Source: Fibrobacteria bacterium
Lineage (GTDB): Bacteria > Fibrobacterota > Chitinivibrionia > Chitinivibrionales > FEN-1185
Reading direction: 5' to 3'
DNA length: 64,000 nt
Assembly: GCA_037447435.1 (NCBI GenBank)
Contig: JBBIGR010000009.1
Location: 80,875-144,874, forward strand
This document shows, one piece after another, positions 18,210 through 27,123 of the stretch (within the stretch, counting starts at the first letter, position 1; each line of letters starts with the position of its first letter). Made by a program: the position numbers and the translations under genes. The notes beneath the pieces were generated by a model, which was not told where the DNA came from, did no database searches, and saw only the letters and a list, made by a program, of their open reading frames with translations.

Positions 18210-19937
18210 ATGAAAAATTTCGCTAAAGTCGTATTGGGCATCGCTGTTTTATTCTTCTATTGCGCACATCAGATACCGCCGGGCGGCGGTCCCGACGACA
18301 AGATTCCGCCGAAAATCAATTCGTCGTATCCCATACGCGGCTCCGTGGGCATTCCGACAACAGCTTCGATCATGTTGAATTTTTCCGAATGGGTTGTGCC
18401 GCAAAATCCTGAAAAAAGTATCAGCATGTACCCGCCTGCGCCCGGGGGCATCAAAATTTCCATATCCGGAAAAAAATTGGTAATAAAACCCAAAAAGCCG
18501 CTGGCAGACTCCACGACCTATCACGTCATGATAAATACGGCATTGGCGGATTTGCACGGAAACTCGATCGGGATCCCGTACGATTTGTTTTTTTCAACCG
18601 GACCCACCATAGACAGCGGCCGTATTTTCGGATGCGTCACCCTGCCTTCTGCGAAAAAAGGGCAACCGAAGATCGGCTTGTTCCCGTCTGTCAAAATCGA
18701 CAGTTCCGACACCAATTTCTTCGGTCCGCCCAGCTATGTTGCCCAAACCGACAGTGCGGGACTGTTTTCCTTCGACAACATTCACCGGGGAACCTACGAT
18801 TGCATTGCTTTTTTTGACGATAATAACGACAACCGTTTTTCTCCGGGCGTGGAACAGGCCTTTGCCGCAATAGACAAACGCATAAAGCTCGATAAAACAG
18901 CCGGGCCGCTGACGCTGTTTCCAGTCAATTGCGATACCACGACGATGCGCATTAGTAAAATAACGCCGCTTTCGGCAAAGCACCTTCTGTGTGAATGGAC
19001 CGGCGGCATCGGCATTTCCTCAAACGGTTTCGATTCGTTGTGGAAAGTCGAAAGCGTGGATGGAAAACGGTCGCTGGCGATCAAAACGTACATTCCCGTT
19101 TACAATACGAGAAGATTTTTCCTTGTCGTTGCCGATACGCTCGGATTGCAGCCGTTTCGGCTGGTGTGCTCCAAAAAATCACCGCTTTTTCTCCGGAAAA
19201 ATGCGACGCAGCGCGACACGATACGGTTTAACGGGGTTTCCCAAAGCGATACGACAACACCGTTATTGCGAAGCAAGGAACCGTTGGTCCTTGCCGATCT
19301 GAAGCCGATCATAAAATTGGCGTGGTCCAAACCCATGTTTCCGCAATTTTCGAAATGGCAATGCGCCGATTCCTTAAAAGATACCGTCGGTCTCACGGTA
19401 TCGCAGTCCCTTGCCGACACGACCATCATCCGGGTGAACCGGCCGCTGAAAACGGGAGACAAATACGATATCGTTTTTCCCGATTCCCTGTTCAAGGATA
19501 TATGCGGAAATCCACCTAAAGATTCGCTGGGCATCAAAATGTCTTTCACCACATTAGATGACAAAGACCTGTGTTACAGCCTCAGCGGCGGCGCATCGTG
19601 CATGAAGCCCGATTCCAAACGGAAATGGATATTTACGACCATCGTCGGTTCGCGCAAATACCTCGTTTCGGACAATGCCGGGCAATTCAGGTACGATTCC
19701 CTTTGCGCAGGCAAAGGCACTATGACGATATTCTCTGATGTAAATAATGACGGAGAATTGAATGTCGGAAGCCTCGTGCCGTGGGTTCCTTCCGAGCCGT
19801 ATTTTTTGCCGCCCGATACGGTTGAAGCGCGGAAAAACTGGGACATCGAAGGAGTCTCTATAACCGGCGCATGCGAGGATTGTTTCAGGCCTCGTACATT
19901 GATAATCCCTTCCGATACCGCAACTCATAAGCCGTAA
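18210..19937 (+). CDS. Ig-like (Big_5) domain lipoprotein
   Basis: Signal ending in Cys then CAHQIPPGGGPDDKIPP, FSEWV, STTYHV…DLHGN…FSTG pattern. Confidence 0.75.
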   Translation: MKNFAKVVLGIAVLFFYCAHQIPPGGGPDDKIPPKINSSYPIRGSVGIPTTASIMLNFSEWVVPQNPEKSISMYPPAPGGIKISISGKKLVIKPKKPLADSTTYHVMINTALADLHGNSIGIPYDLFFSTGPTIDSGRIFGCVTLPSAKKGQPKIGLFPSVKIDSSDTNFFGPPSYVAQTDSAGLFSFDNIHRGTYDCIAFFDDNNDNRFSPGVEQAFAAIDKRIKLDKTAGPLTLFPVNCDTTTMRISKITPLSAKHLLCEWTGGIGISSNGFDSLWKVESVDGKRSLAIKTYIPVYNTRRFFLVVADTLGLQPFRLVCSKKSPLFLRKNATQRDTIRFNGVSQSDTTTPLLRSKEPLVLADLKPIIKLAWSKPMFPQFSKWQCADSLKDTVGLTVSQSLADTTIIRVNRPLKTGDKYDIVFPDSLFKDICGNPPKDSLGIKMSFTTLDDKDLCYSLSGGASCMKPDSKRKWIFTTIVGSRKYLVSDNAGQFRYDSLCAGKGTMTIFSDVNNDGELNVGSLVPWVPSEPYFLPPDTVEARKNWDIEGVSITGACEDCFRPRTLIIPSDTATHKP

Positions 19938-20000
19938 ACCGATACGATACTGCCCAATGCCCCGGCAGTCTTTCGACATACAATTTTCAAAGGAGCTATA

Positions 20001-22730
20001 ATGCCGACACCGCCAAAAATGAAAAACCTCGGGATTTGGGTAGTCATTGGAGTCATCGCCGTCATTGGTGTGTTCGCCCAAAATATCGCATTGCTTCTTA
20101 CCGATTTCGCCTGGTTTAAAGAAGTATCCATGGCTTCGGTTTTCATCACTATTCTTTCATCCAAAATCGCAATCACGCTGATAGCGGGCGTGGCTGCGTG
20201 GCTCATAATTTACGTCAATTTGCTTGTGGCTCAAAAGCTCGTCAAGCCCATGGTCAATTACACCCGTTCGCCGATAATGGCCTATGTCGAGGCGTATGGC
20301 ATAACACCGTTTGTCAAATTCGTGCTTCCTATCGTCGCGGTCATCGCGGCGTTCTTTATCGCGGCATTCGCGAGTCAATTTTGGGATACGTATCTTACCT
20401 ATAAAGGGTCGGTCGCCTTTGGCCTAAAAGATCCGTTGCTCGGAAAAGATATAAGCTTTTACGTATTCAAGTTGCCGTTTTACCGATTCCTGTATTCGGT
20501 GAGCGCCTCGATTGTCGTTCTTTCTTTAATCGGCAGTTTCATCGTTTATTTCCTGCGGCAAAACATCTCGTTCACGGGCCGATGGGTAACGGCGGCAACC
20601 GCCGCAAAAGCGCATATCCTTTTTCTTACCGGTATACTTATCGCATCGCTATTCGTGTTTTTCCAATTCAAGATGTTCGATATGGTCAACGGCGGGGGCC
20701 ATATCGTCAATGGCGCAGGATATGCGGACATTCACTTTTATCTGCCGTTTCTTAAAGCCATGCGATACATCTGTCTGGCTGCGGCATTGTTGATTTGGAT
20801 TAATATCTGGACCAAAACCCTCAAGTTCGCCATTCTCGGCGTTGTTTTGGTGATTCTCATGAATGTGATCGGCCGGGGCGCCAGCGGCCTCGTCGAGCGT
20901 TTTGTCGTTGCCCCCAACGAAGTTTCAAAAGAAACTCCCTATATCAATTGGAGCATTCAGAATACTCGATCGGCGTTTAACGTCGACAAAATAGAAGAAA
21001 AGCATTTTACGCCAACCGAAAATTTGAGCAAGGAAGCGGTCCAGAAAAACGATTTGACGGTTAAGAACATCCGTTTGTGGGAACAGGCTCCGCTTTTAAC
21101 GACATACGGACAATTGCAGGAAATACGCACCTATTACAAATTCCTGGATGTCGACAACGACCGGTATATGATCAACGGCAAAACGCGGCAGGTCATGCTG
21201 TCGCCCCGCGAGCTCGTGCCCGCGAGTTTGCCCAGCAGAATATGGATCAACGAGCATTTGAGCTATACCCACGGCTACGGCCTTTGCATGGGCCCGGTGA
21301 ATAATGTCACGCCCGAAGGATTGCCGGAATTTTTCATCGAAAATATTCCCCCCGTTTCCAATGCGAACATTCCCGTAACCAGGCCGCAGATCTATTACGG
21401 CGAGGCCGACGCCGGTTATGCTATTGTCAATACCGCGAACAAGGAATTCGATTATCCGTCGGGCGACGAAAACGTGTATACCGACTATGCGGGCAAGGGC
21501 GGCGTTTCAATGGGCGGCATGCTTAAAAAATTGCTCTTTGTCGTGCGCTTCGGCGAAATAAAGATCCTGTTGTCGACCGATATTACGCAAAAAAGCAGGA
21601 TACTGTATTACCGTAAAATCAACGAGCGCGTGCGCAAGGCAATGCCGTTTTTATCGTACGATTCCGATCCGTATATGGTCGTGACCAAGGAAGGGCATTT
21701 GGTGTGGTTTATCGACGCGTATACCACCACGTCGAAATACCCGTATTCGGCCATGATCCAGGATATGGGAAATTATATACGCAATTCCGTCAAGGTAACC
21801 ATCGACGCGTACGACGGAGCCTTGTCGTATTATGTTTCCGATCCTACCGACCCGATCATCCAGACGTACCAGAAAATATTCCCCAACGTTTTCAAACCCA
21901 TGTCCGACATGCCGCAGGATTTGCGCAGCCATATCCGGTATCCGCAGGCGTTGTTCACCATTCAGGCAAAGGTGTATTCGCTGTACCACATGACCGATCC
22001 GCAGGTGTTTTACAATAAAGAAGACATGTGGAAAATCCCGGCAAGCATGGCCGACGGTCAATTGGAACAGATGACCCCGTATTACACGATCATGAAGCTC
22101 GCCGAGGTCGGCAGGCAGGAGGAATTCATCCTTATGGTGCCGTTCTCTCCTGCCAAGAAAGAAAACATGATCGCCTGGCTTGCCGCGCGATGCGACGAGC
22201 CGAATTACGGCAAGCTTCTGGTGTTTGATTTTCCCAAGCAAAAACTCGTGTACGGCCCCCAGCAAATAGAGTCGCGTATCAATCAGGACCCTGAAATATC
22301 CAAGCAATTGACGCTGTGGAATCAGGGCGGTTCGCGCGTGATTTGGGGAAGCCTGCTCGTCATTCCGGTCGAACAATCGTTGTTATACGTACAGCCCATG
22401 TATATAGCGGCGCAAAGCGGCGGCGTGCCCGAACTCAAACGGGTCATCGTTGCGTACAGCAATAACATCGCAATGGAAGAAACCTTGCAGCAATCGCTCG
22501 ATGCCATATTCGGCGTGCCCAGGCAAAATGCCGAAGTGCAATTGGCGAATGCGCAAACGACCTTTCTGAATGCTCCGCCCGATAAACAGGCCGACATAAA
22601 ACGCCTCATCGCCGAAGCGAACAAGCAATTCGAAAAAGCCCAGGACGAACTGACTAAAAAGAATTGGGCCGGCTACGGCGCGGCAATGGGCGAGGTGCAG
22701 CGGCTTCTTAAGGAGTTAGCAACTAAATAG
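20001..22730 (+). CDS. UPF0182 family membrane protein
   Basis: WFKEV, DISFYVFKLP, NIRLW, QLQEIRTYY, YTHGYG, NYIRNSVKVTIDAYDG, HIRYP, ELKRVIV. Confidence 0.93.
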   Translation: MPTPPKMKNLGIWVVIGVIAVIGVFAQNIALLLTDFAWFKEVSMASVFITILSSKIAITLIAGVAAWLIIYVNLLVAQKLVKPMVNYTRSPIMAYVEAYGITPFVKFVLPIVAVIAAFFIAAFASQFWDTYLTYKGSVAFGLKDPLLGKDISFYVFKLPFYRFLYSVSASIVVLSLIGSFIVYFLRQNISFTGRWVTAATAAKAHILFLTGILIASLFVFFQFKMFDMVNGGGHIVNGAGYADIHFYLPFLKAMRYICLAAALLIWINIWTKTLKFAILGVVLVILMNVIGRGASGLVERFVVAPNEVSKETPYINWSIQNTRSAFNVDKIEEKHFTPTENLSKEAVQKNDLTVKNIRLWEQAPLLTTYGQLQEIRTYYKFLDVDNDRYMINGKTRQVMLSPRELVPASLPSRIWINEHLSYTHGYGLCMGPVNNVTPEGLPEFFIENIPPVSNANIPVTRPQIYYGEADAGYAIVNTANKEFDYPSGDENVYTDYAGKGGVSMGGMLKKLLFVVRFGEIKILLSTDITQKSRILYYRKINERVRKAMPFLSYDSDPYMVVTKEGHLVWFIDAYTTTSKYPYSAMIQDMGNYIRNSVKVTIDAYDGALSYYVSDPTDPIIQTYQKIFPNVFKPMSDMPQDLRSHIRYPQALFTIQAKVYSLYHMTDPQVFYNKEDMWKIPASMADGQLEQMTPYYTIMKLAEVGRQEEFILMVPFSPAKKENMIAWLAARCDEPNYGKLLVFDFPKQKLVYGPQQIESRINQDPEISKQLTLWNQGGSRVIWGSLLVIPVEQSLLYVQPMYIAAQSGGVPELKRVIVAYSNNIAMEETLQQSLDAIFGVPRQNAEVQLANAQTTFLNAPPDKQADIKRLIAEANKQFEKAQDELTKKNWAGYGAAMGEVQRLLKELATK

Positions 22731-22733
22731 AAA

Positions 22734-22786
22734 TTATCTACGCGGGACGCGTAGATAAAATCACCGCTACAGCTATCCAGTAGCGG
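22734..22786. terminator. Two tandem hairpins downstream of the UPF0182 gene
   Basis: TTATCTACGCG-gga-CGCGTAGATAA (11-bp stem) followed by CCGCTAC-N9-GTAGCGG. Confidence 0.55.
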
Positions 22787-22859
22787 AGCAACGGATTGGG
22801 ATCAAATGTGAAATGAAATTGGGAAAGTAAACATTACTTAGAATGGGGAAGCCAAAGCA

Positions 22860-23075
22860 ATGTTGCAAAATATAGAAAACGATGAAGAGTTACAAGATAG
22901 TTTGACCATGTTAAAAATCGTGGCAATGAGCACGAAAAGTATGATTGAAGAAAAAGGTCAGACTATCAAAAAGGCCTTTGATGATGTAAGGAAACGTGTG
23001 AAACAGGCAAATTCTAAAATAAAGTGCTCCTTTACTTCGGGGCTTCAACCCGATAATACCTATGCTCTTTATTAA
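22860..23075 (+). CDS. Short AT-rich hypothetical ORF, possibly a gene remnant
   Basis: 71 aa ORF in an AT-rich patch, overlapping the 3' end of the convergent kinase gene. Confidence 0.3.
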   Translation: MLQNIENDEELQDSLTMLKIVAMSTKSMIEEKGQTIKKAFDDVRKRVKQANSKIKCSFTSGLQPDNTYALY

Positions 23076-23886
23076 TGCGGATGCATAAATCGGGCACGGC
23101 TTTTTCATAGCATAAGCAGGTAAGCGGCAGAAAATGCTTGACCATGTTCGATATCTGCGTGCCGGTCAATCCTGTACCGGTGCGGGCGATAAGGTCTTGT
23201 TCCTGCTTTGTTCTCCATTTTTCATGTAAGTCAAGTGAATCCGGGCGTAGCATAACGAGAAAATCCAGCAGGTCCCACGCGCGTTGATATGGGCCGAGCC
23301 GCGAAAGCATTTCAGCAATATGTTCGGGTGCGAAAAAAGTACCAAGGTTCGAAAGTCCTTGATGATTGCAAGCATCTATCAAATCCTCTGTGGTGGTTTC
23401 AGGTATGCCGACGCACCATCCCTCAAAAAGAACAAAATCCTGTCTGCCGCGCACGTGCGTAACCTGGTCCGAAATATCGCCGTTTCCTTGATGCAAAGAT
23501 TTGTCGAAAATCGGAAGGTCCGTATCGTTGCCGCTTTTCAAGCAGGAAAGTGCATCGACAAGTTCAGAAACCCGATGCGTACCCGGCATGCCGCGCGGTA
23601 TTTGATAAAACGGGTTGGTTCTAAACTTTGCCGCAAGGAGTTTTCGCTTTTCATAGGAGGAATAGAAATCGTCGATAGAGAATGTAACTACGCGGCAATT
23701 TTTATGCGAAAGGTTTGCCGCAAGGTAACGCACGAGTGTTGTCTTACCTGTTCCCTGGCCGCCTTGAATACCCACAACTATTGTAGTATCGCTGTGCCGC
23801 AATTCATAGATCTCGTTTGCAAGCGGTTCAAGACAACACCTGAGCTGTTCGGGCGAATAGGAAAATTCCGGCGATGGCGGTTGCAT
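23032..23886 (-). CDS. P-loop kinase, D-glycerate 3-kinase (GLYK/TDA10)-like
   Basis: GGQGTGKTT, SIDDFY, RGMPGTH, FDKSLHQGNGD, FEGWCVG, WRTKQE. Confidence 0.82.
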   Translation of the reverse strand: MQPPSPEFSYSPEQLRCCLEPLANEIYELRHSDTTIVVGIQGGQGTGKTTLVRYLAANLSHKNCRVVTFSIDDFYSSYEKRKLLAAKFRTNPFYQIPRGMPGTHRVSELVDALSCLKSGNDTDLPIFDKSLHQGNGDISDQVTHVRGRQDFVLFEGWCVGIPETTTEDLIDACNHQGLSNLGTFFAPEHIAEMLSRLGPYQRAWDLLDFLVMLRPDSLDLHEKWRTKQEQDLIARTGTGLTGTQISNMVKHFLPLTCLCYEKAVPDLCIRINKEHRYYRVEAPK

Positions 23887-24056
23887 GATTTCTCCTTCGT
23901 GATAAAAGATACCTCATTACATGCGAATTTGACATACTCGTGCCGAATTCCTATATTATCTCTTCGATATTTCACGGCATAGGGGGGGAACGCCGGGGGA
24001 AATGAACTATCAGTCAATTTCCCTGTCAGCTACATTCCAAACAAAGGGAGGATGGT

Positions 24057-27032
24057 ATGAAAAAACTGAGTTCCCCTCAGCGTGTCGGGTCGTTTTTGCA
24101 TTTTTCTACAGCCGTATCAGGAAATTCCGGATTGTTCAGAGCCGGTATCGTTTCTCTTATAATGCTCTTTTTCATCTCGTCTTGCTCCTTTGACCATAAA
24201 ATGCCCATCGCATTCGATTCGGGGAATTCCTTGGAGCAAGTGGCAGGTGTCAATGATCCCTATGCAGCCGCCGAAATACAAAACCCGTCGAATATTACCC
24301 TGACTCCCGGCACAACATATAAAATCGAGTGGAATGCAAAAGTGGCACCCGGGCAGGATGCCATATCGCTTTTGTCTTTCTTCGATTCATCGGACCCCTG
24401 GAGCGAAATAACATTTGAGTTTTTCGGCGGCGGCGCCGACGGTTCCTATTTTTCTTTCCAGTCCCAGTATATTTGCATTGTCAATGGCTCAAAAACGCAA
24501 CATCTGGTCAACCATACCATTCCAGCCGTCTTTAACGGCGGATTGCATAACTTCGTCATCATTTTCCGGCCGGCCGGTAACGGCCGGAACGCGTATCTTG
24601 AATGGCAAGTGGACGGCAGCGTAATACGGACCGAAACCGGCGGGGATGCCGATAATCTTAGAAATTCGATGAGAATCCATTCCGGCGTTTGGAAAGTGAA
24701 ACAGTCGTTTGGATGGGGAACAGGCGGCAGCGCGCCATTGCTTGACACCTCGATCATGGTTGTTCAAAATATCATGTTATCGTCACAGGTATCCGGCAAT
24801 TGGCAGACGATAAACAATTGGACCTTTCAGAATCAGAGTTCGCTGGGCAGTTGGATGCTTTCGAACTGGACTTTTGACGCGATGGACGGATATTACATTC
24901 CTGCCAATGCGCAAATCAGGAATGGAGCTCTTAGTTTGATCCTGTCTACCCTTAATCCCCATATAAATAACATTGTTCCCGTTGCCAATGCCGGATCGGA
25001 CCAAACCGCGGCGGTCAATTCACCGGTAACGCTGGACGGCCGACTGTCGAAAGATGCGGACAACGGGCCTTCACCGCTCGGCTATTTGTGGACGCAAATC
25101 GCGGGGCCGTCGACGGTCATCTTGACGCAAGCGACAACCAGCCAACCCGGCTTTACCCCGACGGTCGCGGGCAGCTACACGTTCCGTCTCACGGTGAACG
25201 ACGGCGCCGCGGCAAGCAGCGACGATGTGATCGTAACTGCAACCGGCAATACATATGTCTCGCTTCCCGGCCGCATTCAGGCAAAAGATTATAATCCCGG
25301 CGGTGAAGGCGTCGGTTACCATGACCTCACCGTTGGAAATAGCGGGGGCAAGTATCGCAACGACGACGTGGATATCGAAGCGTGTTCCGATGTCGGCGGC
25401 GGCTATAATGTCGGCTGGATCGACACCGGCGAATGGCTGGCCTACAATATAAACGTTACGCAAGCCGGTACCTATACCTTTACCGCACGAATGGCCTCTG
25501 CCACTAGCGGCACCAAGACCATGACCGTTTCGATAGACGGCAGCGCGGTGGCCGCGTTCGGCTTTACCGACGCATCCGGCTGGCAAAGCTGGAAAGACGT
25601 CTCTGTTCCTAATGTCAATTTGACCGCAGGGAATCATGTGCTGCGCATGAACATGACCACCGGCGGTTTCAATGTGAACTACCTCGATATCGCTTCGACG
25701 GTGTCCTACACGCTTTCGACCGTTGCCAATCCCGCTGCCGCCGGAACAATCAGCGGCGGCGGCAGTTATGCTTCCGGTGCAACCGCAACCCTGGCCGCGA
25801 CTCCGGCGCCGGGTTATACCTTTTCAAACTGGAGCGGCGATGTAGCTGGAATTGCAAATCCCATGACCGTTGTCATGAACGCGAATAAGAGCGTGACCGC
25901 AAACTTTACACCGGCAGCATCCTATACCATAATCGCAACCGCCCAGGCAAACGGTTCCGTTTCGCCAAGTGGAACCGTCAGTGTGGGGCAGGGCGCAGAT
26001 CAAACGTTTACCATGACGCCGGATAACGGTTATAGTGTCGACCTTGTTACGGTAGACGGAGTAAGCCAGGGATCGATTACTTCCTATACCTTCTCGAAAG
26101 TAATGTCGAATCATACGATTAACGTCACCTTTAAAACAAACGGAACGTTCATCAGCCTGCCGGGCCGTATTCAGGCCGAAGACTATAAATCGGGCGGCGA
26201 GGGAAGCGGATACCACGATTTGACTAAAGGTAATACCGGCGGTGCTTATCGCAACGACGATGTCGATATCGAAGCGTGTTCCGATGCGGGCGGCGGCTAT
26301 AATGTCGGCTGGACCGATGCGGGCGAGTGGTTGGCTTACGACGTGAACGTTATGCAAGCCGGATTCTATACGTTTACCGCGCGAATGGCCTCTGCCGCTA
26401 GCGGCACCAAGACCATGACCGTCACCGTAGACGGCGCCGCGGTCGCCGTGTTCAGCTTTACCGACGCATCAGGCTGGCAAAGCTGGAAAAACGTCGTTGT
26501 TCCGAATATCAATTTGACCGCCGGGAACCATGCGTTGCGTTTGGTCATGACAACCAACGGCTTCAATGTGAATTACCTTGATGTTTCCGCAGGGGCGTCG
26601 AACCTGCTGACAAACGGCGATTTCGCAAACGGGCTTTCTTCCTGGCAAACCCTGTATATGGAAGGCGCCGCAGGTGCCATGACCAATGATGCCGGAAGCG
26701 CCAAGATCGCCATCACCTCGCTTGGCCCCAATCCGTGGGACATACAGATTTATCAAAACGTGTCCGTAATTGCAAATAAGCTCTATACGCTGGAATTCGA
26801 CATGAAAGCGGCCGCAACACCTAAAAATTTTAAGGTCGTGGTGGAACATGACGGCGGCTCGTATACCAAATATCTTGAACAGCAATACACGGTGACGAGT
26901 GCCGCGAACACATACCAGCATTTCGTGAGTACGTTTACGCCGAATGCGACCGACTCTCCTGTCAAGATCGGTTTCCATTTCGGAACGTTTAACACCAATT
27001 CGTGCTGGCTCGATAATGTGACCTTGAAGTAG
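24057..27032 (+). CDS. Multidomain carbohydrate-active lipoprotein: permuted GH16-like, PKD, CBM6, B-repeat, CBM6, CBM4/9
   Basis: Lipobox-like ISSC; PWSEITFEF; PVANAGSDQ…YTFRLTVND (PKD); two LPGRIQAxDY…GEWLAY…GWQSW…FNVNY modules; GYTFSNWSGD; NLLTNGDF…LDNVTL. Confidence 0.85.
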   Translation: MKKLSSPQRVGSFLHFSTAVSGNSGLFRAGIVSLIMLFFISSCSFDHKMPIAFDSGNSLEQVAGVNDPYAAAEIQNPSNITLTPGTTYKIEWNAKVAPGQDAISLLSFFDSSDPWSEITFEFFGGGADGSYFSFQSQYICIVNGSKTQHLVNHTIPAVFNGGLHNFVIIFRPAGNGRNAYLEWQVDGSVIRTETGGDADNLRNSMRIHSGVWKVKQSFGWGTGGSAPLLDTSIMVVQNIMLSSQVSGNWQTINNWTFQNQSSLGSWMLSNWTFDAMDGYYIPANAQIRNGALSLILSTLNPHINNIVPVANAGSDQTAAVNSPVTLDGRLSKDADNGPSPLGYLWTQIAGPSTVILTQATTSQPGFTPTVAGSYTFRLTVNDGAAASSDDVIVTATGNTYVSLPGRIQAKDYNPGGEGVGYHDLTVGNSGGKYRNDDVDIEACSDVGGGYNVGWIDTGEWLAYNINVTQAGTYTFTARMASATSGTKTMTVSIDGSAVAAFGFTDASGWQSWKDVSVPNVNLTAGNHVLRMNMTTGGFNVNYLDIASTVSYTLSTVANPAAAGTISGGGSYASGATATLAATPAPGYTFSNWSGDVAGIANPMTVVMNANKSVTANFTPAASYTIIATAQANGSVSPSGTVSVGQGADQTFTMTPDNGYSVDLVTVDGVSQGSITSYTFSKVMSNHTINVTFKTNGTFISLPGRIQAEDYKSGGEGSGYHDLTKGNTGGAYRNDDVDIEACSDAGGGYNVGWTDAGEWLAYDVNVMQAGFYTFTARMASAASGTKTMTVTVDGAAVAVFSFTDASGWQSWKNVVVPNINLTAGNHALRLVMTTNGFNVNYLDVSAGASNLLTNGDFANGLSSWQTLYMEGAAGAMTNDAGSAKIAITSLGPNPWDIQIYQNVSVIANKLYTLEFDMKAAATPKNFKVVVEHDGGSYTKYLEQQYTVTSAANTYQHFVSTFTPNATDSPVKIGFHFGTFNTNSCWLDNVTLK
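25260..26586 (+). repeat. Intragenic duplication of the CBM6 module (about 25260-25692 and 26154-26586)
   Basis: Long near-identical stretches, e.g. GATATCGAAGCGTGTTCCGATG at 25371 and 26265, 894 bp apart. Confidence 0.85.
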
Positions 27033-27058
27033 GATTTACAGAGACAAAACAGCCGATT

Positions 27059-27096
27059 AAAAAGCCCGTGCCGCCAATTATTGGCACGGGCTTTTT
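27059..27096. terminator. Bidirectional rho-independent terminator
   Basis: AAAAAGCCCGTGCC…GGCACGGGCTTTTT between convergent genes. Confidence 0.88.
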
Positions 27097-27123
27097 ATTT
27101 GCTTTGCATTACGCAAATGAAAA

